Part shown: piece after piece, positions 6,866 to 16,620 of the stretch
Layout of the letters: each line of letters opens with the position of its first letter
Numbering within the stretch: the stretch's first letter is position 1
DNA from: a virus
Direction: 5' to 3' (one strand)
Virus record (IMG/VR): IMGVR_UViG_3300005265_000549
Location: 1 to 64,000 of that record
DNA: 64,000 nt
Position numbers and translations under genes: made by a program
The notes under the pieces: generated by a model
Told to the model about the DNA's origin: nothing
The model's database searches: none
What the model saw: the letters and a program-made list of their open reading frames with translations, nothing else

Positions 6866-7504
6866 ATGAAAAATTCTTTGTATGATATTTTAGAAGTCGA
6901 TAAAAATTCTTCAAAAGAAGAAATTAAAAAATCTTATAGAAAAAAATCAAAAAAATGTCATCCAGATATGCCTGGTGGTAATACTGAAAAATTTAAAGAA
7001 TTATCTATAGCTTTTAATATTTTAATTGATGATTCAAAAAGAAAAAAATATGATGAAACAGGAAATGAAGATTTTGCTAATAAAATCGATGATTTAACTT
7101 CTGAAGCAATAAGAAGAATTTCAATGATTTTTACAAATTTTTTAGATAATTTAGCAAAAAATAATTTAAATTATAATATAATGGAATCAATAAAAAATAA
7201 TGCTATTCAAGTAATACATTCAAATAAAAAAGATATTAGAATTCAAAAAAAATTAAAGAAAAATGTTAATAATTATAAAAAAAGAATTAAATATAAAGGA
7301 AAAGATCAAAATATATTAATTATGTTTTGTGATAATAAAATAAAAGATATAGATTCAAAAATTCCTAATTTTTATCATGAAATTGAAGTTGCTAAAAAAG
7401 TTATAGAGTTGCTAGAAGGATATGATTTAGAAACAATTATAAATAATTCATCATATTCATCTTTAAATTCAACTTCAACATCAACAACGACATTTAGTTT
7501 TTAG
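6866..7504 (+). CDS. DnaJ (J-domain) protein
   Basis: LYDILEV...IKKSYRK...HPD...FKEL...KRKKYD. Confidence 0.9.
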   Translation: MKNSLYDILEVDKNSSKEEIKKSYRKKSKKCHPDMPGGNTEKFKELSIAFNILIDDSKRKKYDETGNEDFANKIDDLTSEAIRRISMIFTNFLDNLAKNNLNYNIMESIKNNAIQVIHSNKKDIRIQKKLKKNVNNYKKRIKYKGKDQNILIMFCDNKIKDIDSKIPNFYHEIEVAKKVIELLEGYDLETIINNSSYSSLNSTSTSTTTFSF

Positions 7505-7513
7505 AGGTCAATA

Positions 7514-8122
7514 ATGAAAATTGTAAATCAAGAAGTTAGATTAATTTGGGTTACACCTAGTGCAGAACAAATAATTGAACAAGCAGGAAGAACTTGTTAT
7601 AAAAGTGAAGAATTAATTGATAAATTTTCTGCCGCACTATTTATTCAAAAATTAATTAAAATGAAACATGATGCTATGCTTGAACATGCTTCAGCTTCAT
7701 TTCGTATTGTTTGTGATCGTGGAATTAGTCATGAAATTGTACGTCATAGGATTGCATCATACGCTCAGGAAAGTACAAGATACTGCAATTACAGTAAAAA
7801 TAAATTTAAAAATGAAATTACAGTAATTGAACCATTAGATTTATCTAATTTACAAGAAATAGATTGGAGAATAGCTTGCTCTTTTGCTGAAAAAAAATAT
7901 TTTGATATGATTAGAACTGGAACATCACCACAAATTGCTAGAAGTGTATTACCGACTTGTTTAAAAACTGAAATTGTTATGACTGCAAATTTTAGAGAAT
8001 GGAGACATTTTATTAAACTTAGAAGTTCTAAATCAGCTCATCCTCAAATTAGACCAATAGCAAAAAATATTTGTAAAATTTTAATGTCTTATGCTCCAAA
8101 TGTTTTCAATGATTTAATTTAG
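7514..8122 (+). CDS. thyX: flavin-dependent thymidylate synthase
   Basis: HDAMLEH, RHRIASYAQESTRY, ARSVLP, NFREWRHFIKLR. Confidence 0.95.
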   Translation: MKIVNQEVRLIWVTPSAEQIIEQAGRTCYKSEELIDKFSAALFIQKLIKMKHDAMLEHASASFRIVCDRGISHEIVRHRIASYAQESTRYCNYSKNKFKNEITVIEPLDLSNLQEIDWRIACSFAEKKYFDMIRTGTSPQIARSVLPTCLKTEIVMTANFREWRHFIKLRSSKSAHPQIRPIAKNICKILMSYAPNVFNDLI

Positions 8123-8190
8123 AAAATTTTTACATTTTTCTTTTTTTATGTTATTATAATTTTATAAATTTAAATAAAAAGTTAATAAAA

Positions 8191-8424
8191 ATGAAATTCA
8201 AAACAAAAATTCCTAAAGAAATAAGTATACATGATATATCTTTTGTATTAGCACAAGACCCAGATTGTTGTGAGTCGAGTGCTAATGATTGTCAAGAATT
8301 AAAGATTAATGTTCAAAATAATGGAGTAGGTAATTTTGTAACTATTAAAACTGAACGTTGGGCATTTGATGGTGATGGAAGTGAAAAATGGTTTTTAGAT
8401 TTACTCAAGGAGATTTGTGAATGA
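8191..8424 (+). CDS. hypothetical protein
   Basis: 77 aa, IKTERWAFD; follows a TTTACA...TATTAT promoter-like site at about 8129. Confidence 0.6.
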   Translation: MKFKTKIPKEISIHDISFVLAQDPDCCESSANDCQELKINVQNNGVGNFVTIKTERWAFDGDGSEKWFLDLLKEICE

Positions 8425-8633
8425 AAATTACATATGAATTTGATACACAAGCTGATAATTTTGATGATGATGAATTTTATGATATTCAACATGCTACTGA
8501 CGCATTTTGTGCTTTATTAGAAATTAAAGATTATTTAAGAGAACAATGGAAATATAAGGAAATTCCGGATGATATAGATACAATTTATGATAAATTTTTT
8601 GAGATAATTAATAGCAATGGAATAGATATATGA
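8421..8633 (+). CDS. hypothetical protein
   Basis: 70 aa, AAGGAG RBS, ATGA overlap. Confidence 0.6.
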   Translation: MKITYEFDTQADNFDDDEFYDIQHATDAFCALLEIKDYLREQWKYKEIPDDIDTIYDKFFEIINSNGIDI

Positions 8634-8769
8634 AATTGAAATATTTTGTAATGATAGTAATTATAATTATGCTTGCTTTAAGTAATTTTACAGTCAATGT
8701 TAAACATGACGTTACTATTAATGTTTATGATTGTATTGTTCCTATTGAAATATCAGCAAAAGTTGGAAA

Positions 8770-8958
8770 ATGAAATTACGTTGGTTACATTATAAAATTA
8801 TTGAACAATTACCACATTTACCAGGATTATGTGGACCAACTCATTCAGAAAAAATCGAACACAAAAAATTGCAATTTCAAGATGAATTTGGTGTTTGGCA
8901 AGATGTTCCTGATGTGAATAAAAAGGAGAATGATTATGTTCAAAAAAAATTTTTATAA
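8770..8958 (+). CDS. hypothetical protein, paralog of 23810-23995
   Basis: KLRW...LPG...KLQ...W..VP shared with the paralog. Confidence 0.6.
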   Translation: MKLRWLHYKIIEQLPHLPGLCGPTHSEKIEHKKLQFQDEFGVWQDVPDVNKKENDYVQKKFL

Positions 8959-9385
8959 TGAATATATTCGTTATTCTAAAATTGGTTGTCTTATTTCAAA
9001 TATTCGTATATTTTATTATAATTTAAAGTATGGTCTTATTAATCTTTGGGTTTGGCGAAAAGTCGTATGGCGAAATCGAGGTTGGGATCATAGTTTTATA
9101 TATGATGTATTAGAACATCAATTGAAAATACAAGAAAAATATATTCGTAATGGTTACAATATTCGTGCTGAACAAGTTGCTAATGATATTAAAAAAACTA
9201 GACTTGCTCTTACTCGTTTAAAAGAAGATGAGTATATTATGCAAACTGATCTTGTATTTAATATTAAAAATAAATACTTAAAAAAATTTAGTAATAATAA
9301 ACTTTTTGAACAATATATGATTCAACAGGATTTAGATTATGTTTTTAATATGATGAAAAAACATATACAAGAATGGTGGGATTAA
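8930..9385 (+). CDS. conserved phage hypothetical protein
   Basis: NLWVWRKVVWRNRGWDHSFI...KHIQEWWD. Confidence 0.7.
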   Translation: MIMFKKNFYNEYIRYSKIGCLISNIRIFYYNLKYGLINLWVWRKVVWRNRGWDHSFIYDVLEHQLKIQEKYIRNGYNIRAEQVANDIKKTRLALTRLKEDEYIMQTDLVFNIKNKYLKKFSNNKLFEQYMIQQDLDYVFNMMKKHIQEWWD

Positions 9386-9386
9386 A

Positions 9387-9569
9387 ATGAATAATAATGA
9401 AAAACAAATATTTATAGAATGGTTACGAACTGAAATATATGATATGGGTATTTTAATTGAACAAATGGAAAAATTACCAAATATGGACTCAATGCTTTCT
9501 CATTATAGAGAAAAAGTTATGGGATATTCTATTGTTCTTATAGATTTAGAAAATCGTCATGAAGGATAA
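9387..9569 (+). CDS. hypothetical protein
   Basis: 60 aa in a tightly packed operon. Confidence 0.5.
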   Translation: MNNNEKQIFIEWLRTEIYDMGILIEQMEKLPNMDSMLSHYREKVMGYSIVLIDLENRHEG

Positions 9570-9783
9570 AATATATTGTAAAAATTGCAAGTATTTTACA
9601 TATCCTTCAACTTTAGATATTTATTTTAGTTGTAAATGTATGGCGCCTACAGGAAAAATTATTAAAGATTATATTTTTGGGGATCGAATTCAACGAATTA
9701 ACCTTTATGTAGGAGATAATTACTATCCTAATAAAAATGGTGAATGTAAATATTATAAAAGAAAATGGTGGAAATTATACTAG
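9559..9783 (+). CDS. Cys-rich small protein, tandem paralog 1
   Basis: YCKNCKYF...C.APTGKII...CKYYKRKWWKL. Confidence 0.7.
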   Translation: MKDKIYCKNCKYFTYPSTLDIYFSCKCMAPTGKIIKDYIFGDRIQRINLYVGDNYYPNKNGECKYYKRKWWKLY

Positions 9784-9797
9784 ACAAGAGAGAATAA

Positions 9798-10040
9798 ATG
9801 AAAAGTAAAAAAGTATACTGTAAAGATTGCAAGTATTTTTTAAAATATATACCACTTTTTGATGAATCTTTCAGGTATAAATGTATTGCTCCTACAGGAA
9901 AAATTATTACAAATTATATTTTTGGGGATTACAAAGAGCTTATTAATCTTTATGTAGGAGACAAAAATTATCCGAACAATAAAGATACTAATGGATGTAA
10001 ATATTATAAAAGAAAATGGTGGAAATTATGCTTAAAATAG
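9798..10040 (+). CDS. Cys-rich small protein, tandem paralog 2
   Basis: YCKDCKYF...CIAPTGKII...CKYYKRKWWKL. Confidence 0.7.
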   Translation: MKSKKVYCKDCKYFLKYIPLFDESFRYKCIAPTGKIITNYIFGDYKELINLYVGDKNYPNNKDTNGCKYYKRKWWKLCLK

Positions 10041-10182
10041 GAAAGTTTACAGTAGATAACTTTGAATTTGTAGAACCAGATCAATTACTTTTTGACATTG
10101 ATCCAATACCAACAAAAGAAGAAGAAAAAGAAATTCAAGAAATTGTATTGACAGCATTGAAAGAAGGATTAAAATATAATAA

Positions 10183-10248
10183 AAAACCTTGACTTTATCT
10201 TTTCTTTATGTTATTATCTTATTATAAATAATAACAAATTGAAAGGAT
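10183..10248 (+). promoter_or_regulatory. early promoter cassette, copy 2, with RBS
   Basis: TTGACT(10189)-17-TATTAT(10212), then TATAAATA...AACAAATTGAAAGGA. Confidence 0.85.
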
Positions 10249-10254
10249 TTAAGA

Positions 10255-10442
10255 TGCTTAGAAATGTAAAAGTTGTAAAAACAGAAAAATTTTTTAGAGA
10301 AGAACTTCAAGTTACTTTTCCTGAAGTTTGGGTTGTTGAAGATGAAACTGGTGAAAGATGGTTAATTGCTTCTGGAAAAGTAACTAAAAATGAAGCTATT
10401 AAAATTGCTGAAGATTATGGTTTTATTGTAGATTTAAATTAA
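10255..10442 (+). CDS. early hypothetical protein
   Basis: MLRNVKVV... directly after the promoter cassette; start approximate. Confidence 0.6.
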
Positions 10443-10516
10443 AATATTTTTTACATTTAAATGATTTCGTGTTAATATGTTTTATAAATAATAACATATT
10501 GAAAAAGGAGTTCAAG

Positions 10517-11287
10517 ATGGAAAATATTAAAGCATTAGTTCCCGCAGCATTTAGCACAGAAAAAGCTCCCATTCGTTCAAACAAATACAACTTCATTTCC
10601 ACAAAAGAAATAATTAATGTTCTACAAGATAACAATTGGTTTCCAGATGTCGTTTCTCAAACTCGAGTTCAAAAACGACATCTAGAACGTGTCAATTTTG
10701 TAAAACATATGATTACTTTTCAAAATCCCAATGTTGAAACAATTAATAAATCCATTCCTCAGATAGTTATTGTTAATAGTCATGATGGTTCTACTCCATT
10801 TAAAATGTTTGCAGGACTGTTTCGAATTATTTGTTCAAATGGATTAATTGTTTCATCTAATGAATTTTCTTCTATTAGCATTAGACATAGTTCATTAGCT
10901 CCAGAATTGATAGAAAATGGAGTAGAAGAAATTGTTCATATCGTTCCTGAAATTGCAGCTAAAGCTAATGTTATGGAAAATATTAAAATTTCGGTAGTCG
11001 ATCAATTAGATCTGTGTGGAAATATTATTAAAAGTATTTGGAAAGAACAAAAAAATTGTCCTTTTGAAGCGGCTCAGTTGTTACAACTTCGTAGAAATGA
11101 AGATAAAGAATCTACTTTGTGGAATACGTTTAATGTGATTCAAGAAAACCTTATTAAAGGTGGAATTATTGGAACTACTGCTACAAATAAAAAACGTAAA
11201 TTCAAAGGAATTACAAATATTGATAAAAATATTAGTATAAATCAAAAAATTTGGAAAGAAGCAGAAAAGTTTGCATTAGCAGCTTAA
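10517..11287 (+). CDS. DUF932/DUF945 family protein
   Basis: NSHDGS...AGLFRIICSNG, RRNED...LWNTFNVIQENLIKGG; AGGAG RBS before 10517. Confidence 0.85.
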   Translation: MENIKALVPAAFSTEKAPIRSNKYNFISTKEIINVLQDNNWFPDVVSQTRVQKRHLERVNFVKHMITFQNPNVETINKSIPQIVIVNSHDGSTPFKMFAGLFRIICSNGLIVSSNEFSSISIRHSSLAPELIENGVEEIVHIVPEIAAKANVMENIKISVVDQLDLCGNIIKSIWKEQKNCPFEAAQLLQLRRNEDKESTLWNTFNVIQENLIKGGIIGTTATNKKRKFKGITNIDKNISINQKIWKEAEKFALAA

Positions 11288-11298
11288 AGGAAATTACA

Positions 11299-11760
11299 AT
11301 GAAAATTATTTTTTTAGATATTGATGGTGTACTTAATACTGCAGAAAATTTTGTTGAAGGGAATCTTCCAAGTAATCCAACTATGGAAGAAATTAATCTT
11401 TCAATGTTAGATGAAAGATTAATTAAAAATTTAAATACAATTATAGAAGAAACTGGTGCAAAAGTTGTTGTTTCATCAACTTGGAGAATGGGACGTTCAA
11501 TAGAAGAATTAAAATGTTTATTAGATAAAAAAGGATTTGTTGGTGAAATAATTGGTAAAACTCCGATATTGAATGATGACCGTGGTATAGAAATTCAAAA
11601 ATTTATTGATGAATCATCATTCAATATAGATTCATTTACTATATTAGATGATGACAGTGATATGTGTCATCTAATGGATAAATTAATTCAAACAAATTTT
11701 ATAGAAGGTTTAAATAATATAACAGTTAAAAATGCAATTAAAATGCTAAAGGAACTTTAA
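11299..11760 (+). CDS. HAD-family phosphatase (RNA-repair Swiss-army-knife type)
   Basis: FLDIDGVLN, VVSSTWR, RGIEI, ILDD. Confidence 0.85.
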   Translation: MKIIFLDIDGVLNTAENFVEGNLPSNPTMEEINLSMLDERLIKNLNTIIEETGAKVVVSSTWRMGRSIEELKCLLDKKGFVGEIIGKTPILNDDRGIEIQKFIDESSFNIDSFTILDDDSDMCHLMDKLIQTNFIEGLNNITVKNAIKMLKEL

Positions 11761-11761
11761 G

Positions 11762-12508
11762 ATGATTTTACTTAATAAACAAAAAGTTGAATTCAAACAA
11801 TTTCCTAATGGTGAACTTTATTTTAATAATGAAGATTTATATATTCGTCAAGTTAATTATATTGCATGGGAATATGAAAATAATGAAGATTTGATTAAAC
11901 TCATGTTTTTAAAGAGATACTTGGATGATGATTATCGAACAGTAAATCTTTATATTAAATATTTACCGTATTCTCGAATGGATAGAAAAAATCCTTCGTA
12001 TCCATTTACATTAAAATATATTTGTGAATTTATTAATAATTTGAATTTCTTTAATGTAACAATTCAAGATGTACATTCTGATGTATCTTCTGCACTATTA
12101 AATAAAAGTACTGATATATCGTGGGTTGTTCCTACTGCTAAAAAGTTAATTGAAACTTTAGATATTGATACAATATTTTATCCTGATGCTGGTGCTCAAA
12201 AAAGATTTAATATTGATTTTGATAACATTGCTGTTGGTTTTAAACAAAGAGATTTTAGATCTGGAAAAATTGTTGATTATAAAATCTCTGGAAAAATTTT
12301 TGGAAATGTAATGATTGTTGATGATATGTGTAGTCGTGGTGGAACATTTATTGAAGCAGTAAAACATTTTCCAAAAGTTGTTAATAAAATTTATCTTTTA
12401 GTTTCGTATTTGGAAGAAAATGTTTTTACAGGCAATCTTGAAGCATATATAACTAAAGTTTTTCATAATAATAAGGTGTCTGATAATTTTTTTATTGAGC
12501 AATTATAG
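11762..12508 (+). CDS. ribose-phosphate pyrophosphokinase-like protein (Adps-like)
   Basis: FPNGE, YLPYSRMDR, DVHS, YPDAGA, VDDMCSRGGTF. Confidence 0.88.
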   Translation: MILLNKQKVEFKQFPNGELYFNNEDLYIRQVNYIAWEYENNEDLIKLMFLKRYLDDDYRTVNLYIKYLPYSRMDRKNPSYPFTLKYICEFINNLNFFNVTIQDVHSDVSSALLNKSTDISWVVPTAKKLIETLDIDTIFYPDAGAQKRFNIDFDNIAVGFKQRDFRSGKIVDYKISGKIFGNVMIVDDMCSRGGTFIEAVKHFPKVVNKIYLLVSYLEENVFTGNLEAYITKVFHNNKVSDNFFIEQL

Positions 12509-12517
12509 GAGAGATTA

Positions 12518-14005
12518 ATGAATTATTTTCCAGCAACTCTTTTGTGTGATTTTTATAAAGTTTCTCATCGGGAACAATATCCTGATGGAACTGAATATGT
12601 TTATTCTACTTGGACTCCGAGAAGTAATAGTCATCATCCTACGTCTAAATATGTTATTGCTTTTGGTTTTCAAGCATTTATTAAAAAGTATATGATTGAT
12701 TATTTTAATGAAAATTTTTTCAATCATAATTTATCTGCAGTTATTGCGGAATATACTAGATATATTAAATATACACTATCAATTGAAAAACCTTATACTA
12801 AACATATTGAAGATCTTTGGCGTCTACAGTATTTGCCAATTAAAATTAAAGCATTACCAGAAGGAACAAAAGTACCATTTCGAGTTCCAATGTTAACTAT
12901 TGAAAATACTCATCCTGATTTCTTTTGGCTTACTAATTATTTTGAAACTTTGATGTCTGCTGAAATGTGGATGCCATCGACTTCTGCAACTATTTCCAAT
13001 GAATATCGAAAAATTATTGAGAGATATGCTGAAGAAACTGGTGCTGATAAAGAACTTATTCAATTTCAAGCACATGATTTTAGTATGCGAGGTTGTGTCG
13101 GACTTGAAGCATCTAATTTAGTTGGTGCTGGTCATTTACTTTCTTTTACTGGTACCGATAATATTCCTGCAATTGGATATTTAGAAAATTATTATTATGC
13201 AAATATTGAAAAAAAATTAGTAGGTTGTTCTATTCCAGCAACTGAGCATTCGGTTATGTGTGCAGGTGGAGCAGATAATGAATTTAAAACATATAAACGA
13301 TTAATTACTGAAGTTTATCCAAATGGAATGATTTCTATTGTTAGTGATACTTGGGATCTTTGGAATACAATCACTAATATTTTACCACAATTAAAAAATG
13401 AAATTATGAATCGAGATGGAAAAGTTGTAATTCGTCCTGATAGTGGAGATCCAGTTGATATTATTTGTGGTTTAAATAGTAATTCTTATGCTGCTTGTTT
13501 TAAAAAAGATTATAATCCTGAAGATAAAGGTGTAATTCAATTGCTTTGGGAAATTTTTGGTGGAACTATTAATGAAAAAGGTTATAGAGTTCTCGATCCT
13601 CATATCGGTGCTATTTATGGTGATGCTATAACTTTAGATAGAGCTAAAGAAATTTTAAAAAGATTAAAAAATAAAGGATTTGCGAGTTCTAATATTGTAT
13701 TTGGTGTCGGTTCTTATACATATCAATATAATACTCGTGATACTTTTGGTTTTGCATTAAAATCTACTGCATGTATTATTAATGGAAAAGAATTTAAGAT
13801 TTATAAAGATCCTAAAACTGATAATGGAATTAAAAAATCCCAAAAAGGAAAAATAGTAGTCTTAGAAAAAGATGGAAAATTAATTTACGAAGATATGTAT
13901 AATTGGAATGATAAAGTTAGTGAAGATCTTTTAGAAGTTATTTATGAAGATGGTTTTTTAATAAAAAAACAATCTTTAGAAGAAATTCGTCAACGAATTA
14001 TTTAA
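12518..14005 (+). CDS. nadV: nicotinamide phosphoribosyltransferase-like protein (NadV/Namat-like)
   Basis: DFYKVSH..QYP, HDFSMRG, PATEHSVM, SIVSDTWD, IRPDSGDP, IYGDAIT. Confidence 0.92.
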   Translation: MNYFPATLLCDFYKVSHREQYPDGTEYVYSTWTPRSNSHHPTSKYVIAFGFQAFIKKYMIDYFNENFFNHNLSAVIAEYTRYIKYTLSIEKPYTKHIEDLWRLQYLPIKIKALPEGTKVPFRVPMLTIENTHPDFFWLTNYFETLMSAEMWMPSTSATISNEYRKIIERYAEETGADKELIQFQAHDFSMRGCVGLEASNLVGAGHLLSFTGTDNIPAIGYLENYYYANIEKKLVGCSIPATEHSVMCAGGADNEFKTYKRLITEVYPNGMISIVSDTWDLWNTITNILPQLKNEIMNRDGKVVIRPDSGDPVDIICGLNSNSYAACFKKDYNPEDKGVIQLLWEIFGGTINEKGYRVLDPHIGAIYGDAITLDRAKEILKRLKNKGFASSNIVFGVGSYTYQYNTRDTFGFALKSTACIINGKEFKIYKDPKTDNGIKKSQKGKIVVLEKDGKLIYEDMYNWNDKVSEDLLEVIYEDGFLIKKQSLEEIRQRII

Positions 14006-14015
14006 GGAGATTTTA

Positions 14016-14273
14016 ATGAAAGATTTAACAATTGAAAGAGCTTTTTTAAATTTAATTGATGGTTGTTATGATATTTCGCCAATGCCAATGTATGAAAATA
14101 TTGATTCATTTAGATTAGGAATAACTAATCTTGATTATAATGAAGATGAAAATATTTTATGGATTTATCTTCGCCGTCCTGGTTTATTAATTGGACATCA
14201 AGGAAAAACAATAAAAAGTATTCAAAATAATTTAAATGTTAAGATAAATATTGTTGAAGTTAATTTAATATAA
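14016..14273 (+). CDS. KH-domain (ribosomal S3-like) RNA-binding protein
   Basis: IYLRRPGLLIGHQGKTI, a GxxG KH loop. Confidence 0.7.
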   Translation: MKDLTIERAFLNLIDGCYDISPMPMYENIDSFRLGITNLDYNEDENILWIYLRRPGLLIGHQGKTIKSIQNNLNVKINIVEVNLI

Positions 14274-14330
14274 AACCTTGACTTTCTCTTTTTTTTATGT
14301 TATTATGTGTTTATAAATAATAACAAATTT
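14272..14330 (+). promoter_or_regulatory. early promoter cassette, copy 3
   Basis: TTGACT(14278)-17-TATTAT(14301). Confidence 0.85.
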
Positions 14331-14362
14331 TAATTTTGAGAAGGGAATTTTAATTATTTAAT

Positions 14363-14510
14363 ATATTGTGTCATTACAGAGTGGGATGTAGTTTGGAATA
14401 GCTACATGATAGCTGTGCTTAAAGATTTAGTCACTTTAATTAAAAGCTATTTGAAATGGATTGACCTCCAGGAGAGATTTAGCTCCACTCACTCTGTAAT
14501 GACACAATGT
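14363..14510 (+). ncRNA. unknown structured RNA: 19-bp terminal stem and multibranch interior
   Basis: ATTGTGTCATTACAGAGTG (14365-14383) is the exact reverse complement of 14490-14508; four internal hairpins. Confidence 0.6.
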
Positions 14511-14526
14511 AAATAAAGGAAAAAAA

Positions 14527-14958
14527 ATGATAACTAAATTTGATAAAGTATGGACAGAAAAAAAATTAGAAGAAATTCTAAAGTTAAAAAATGATTTTGA
14601 AAAAGAATTAGATATTTTATGTAAAGTTTTTTCTACAGCTTTTGATTCTAAACTTATTGAATCATTTTATCATTTATTTGAATCTTATTGTAAAAATATT
14701 TCAGAAGTAAGTGGAATTTCTGAAGAAGCAATATTTTGGTTTTTTTATGATAATGATGCAGGTAAAAATAAATATGAAGTGAATGATATTGTAATAGATT
14801 CAATAAAATCTTTTGTTGATTTTGAAATGGATCAACCAAAAATTAGATGTGATTGTTGTTTAGAAGAATATGATAAAAAAGATATTATAATTGATGATAT
14901 AATAACAATTTGTAAACATTGTAATGAATACGCTTTTGAATCAATAAAATATGATTAA
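14527..14958 (+). CDS. hypothetical protein with C-terminal Zn ribbon
   Basis: 143 aa; CDCC...CKHC. Confidence 0.6.
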   Translation: MITKFDKVWTEKKLEEILKLKNDFEKELDILCKVFSTAFDSKLIESFYHLFESYCKNISEVSGISEEAIFWFFYDNDAGKNKYEVNDIVIDSIKSFVDFEMDQPKIRCDCCLEEYDKKDIIIDDIITICKHCNEYAFESIKYD

Positions 14959-14965
14959 TAATTAT

Positions 14966-15322
14966 GGGGATAATTTGGGTTCGACAGGAAAAGGAAAAAT
15001 AAAATAACATTTAGAGGATTCTTTTTGTTACTCTTAAAACCAAAAAGATTAAAAAAGAATTGACGAAAACTTTTCTTACGCTATGGCAGCTTAGCCATTG
15101 TTCATCTTAATTTTGTTTATTGGATTTAGAATGAGCATCATTTTAAATAAACTAAATTTTATTTATTGTTTTTGTAAATAAAATTGAATTTTTTAAAAAA
15201 CTCGTTAATATAATTTTTTGATTTTATTTATATTAATTAAAAAATAAAAAATCAAAAATAAATGTAAATTATTTTATTTAGATATTTTTTGGACGCGGGT
15301 TCGATTCCCGCTATCTCCATCA
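14966..15322 (+). ncRNA. ssrA: tmRNA
   Basis: 5' GGGGATA...TTCGAC; 3' GGACGCGGGTTCGATTCCCGCTATCTCCA with G3:U70; pk1 (AGAG/CTCT, TCTTTTTG/CAAAAAGA); tag frame 15062-15094 DENFSYAMAA*. Confidence 0.93.
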
Positions 15323-15335
15323 GAAAGAAAAAAAA

Positions 15336-15584
15336 ATGTTTAAAAAATCAACAAATTATTTTCAAATGATTTCAACTACAGCAAAGTTTGCTTGGTTGTT
15401 TCTAGGTGCAGCTAAAGTTTGTGGTATATTTGCAGTATTTTGTTTAATTTTAAATGAATTAAAATCAGTGAAAATTTTTTTAATATTTTGGATTATTCTT
15501 TTAATTATTTCTGTTATTTTAGCATTGAGATCTAAAAAATATGAACTAGAAATAAAAGAATGGTGGAGATATTATTTATATTAA
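15336..15584 (+). CDS. small two-TM membrane protein
   Basis: Two hydrophobic segments. Confidence 0.55.
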   Translation: MFKKSTNYFQMISTTAKFAWLFLGAAKVCGIFAVFCLILNELKSVKIFLIFWIILLIISVILALRSKKYELEIKEWWRYYLY

Positions 15585-15619
15585 ATTCTCCTTTATAAAT
15601 AATAAAAAAGGAGAAAAAA

Positions 15620-15820
15620 ATGCATAAAATTTATTTGACTTGTTTGACTTGTAAAAAATATTTTTCACAATATACAGATGGAATTCATTTTTCTAAATAT
15701 TGTGAAAAATGTAAAAAAGAAAAAACTCCTCTAGAAACTCACCTTAAAAATTTAAAGGAATTATCTTTAGAAGAAAGAGTAACTTTATTAGAAGCTGAAT
15801 TATTTAACAATCAAAAATAA
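15620..15820 (+). CDS. Zn-finger-like small protein
   Basis: CLTC...CEKC; AAGGAG RBS within a hairpin. Confidence 0.6.
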   Translation: MHKIYLTCLTCKKYFSQYTDGIHFSKYCEKCKKEKTPLETHLKNLKELSLEERVTLLEAELFNNQK

Positions 15821-15831
15821 AGGAGATAATA

Positions 15832-16209
15832 TTGCTAAATACTATTAGTTCAGAAGAAATTAATATGTTTGGTGAAAAATTTAAAATTGGACCAATTCAT
15901 TCAAAAAGATTATTGTTAATAAAAAAAATAGAAGAGAAAATTAAATTAATTAAAGATAATGAAAATAAAGAATTATGTTATCTTTTGTTGCAACTTATAA
16001 AGATGGGTAGATAAATGGAAACATTATATCGTAAAATTGAAAGAAATGAATGTGTAACTTTTGTTCCTATTATGATTCCAAAAAATGAAAATAAAATTCA
16101 TAAACAAATAATCGATAAAATAAATTTAGAAGAAAAATTATTGATTTCTATATTACTAATTAAAGAACCAAAAGAATTAGTAAAAAAAATTATGAGTTTG
16201 ATTTATTAA
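15832..16209 (+). other. two small hypothetical CDSs (15832-16014, 16015-16209)
   Basis: Abutting ORFs, AAGGAG upstream. Confidence 0.45.
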
Positions 16210-16257
16210 AATTTTACAAATTTATTTAATAATGTTATTATTTTAAAAGAGGTGAAA

Positions 16258-16419
16258 ATGTTAAAAAGAGATATTAAAAAAATTAAATGTGAAGAAGCGA
16301 TATTAAGAAATGAAAAATGGAATTCTTTATCTACCAAACAAAAAATTAAAAAATTAGATAATAGACTTGGTAAAGGTGTCGGAGCAATAAAACAAAGAAA
16401 ACGATTAGAAGAATTATGA
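16258..16419 (+). CDS. small basic protein not in the ORF track
   Basis: GAGGTG RBS; MLKRDIKK...KLDNRLGKGVGAIKQRKRL. Confidence 0.6.
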   Translation: MLKRDIKKIKCEEAILRNEKWNSLSTKQKIKKLDNRLGKGVGAIKQRKRLEEL

Positions 16420-16620
16420 TGAATATTGGATATGAAAAAACACATATAAGATTAATTAAAATTAAACATAGAATAGCTTTTCGACCAGGCAATTCCAAAA
16501 AAATATTAATGATATGCTAAATAATATTCCAGATGATGCGATTGTTGATAAAATTATTGATTCTAATGATGAAACTGATATTACTACTATTGAATTTATT
16601 GAAAAAATAAAGGAATTATA

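Noticed and set aside
14363-14510. Retron msr-msd or DGR element
   Set aside because: The long terminal stem is suggestive, but there is no reverse transcriptase in the window; kept only as an unknown RNA.
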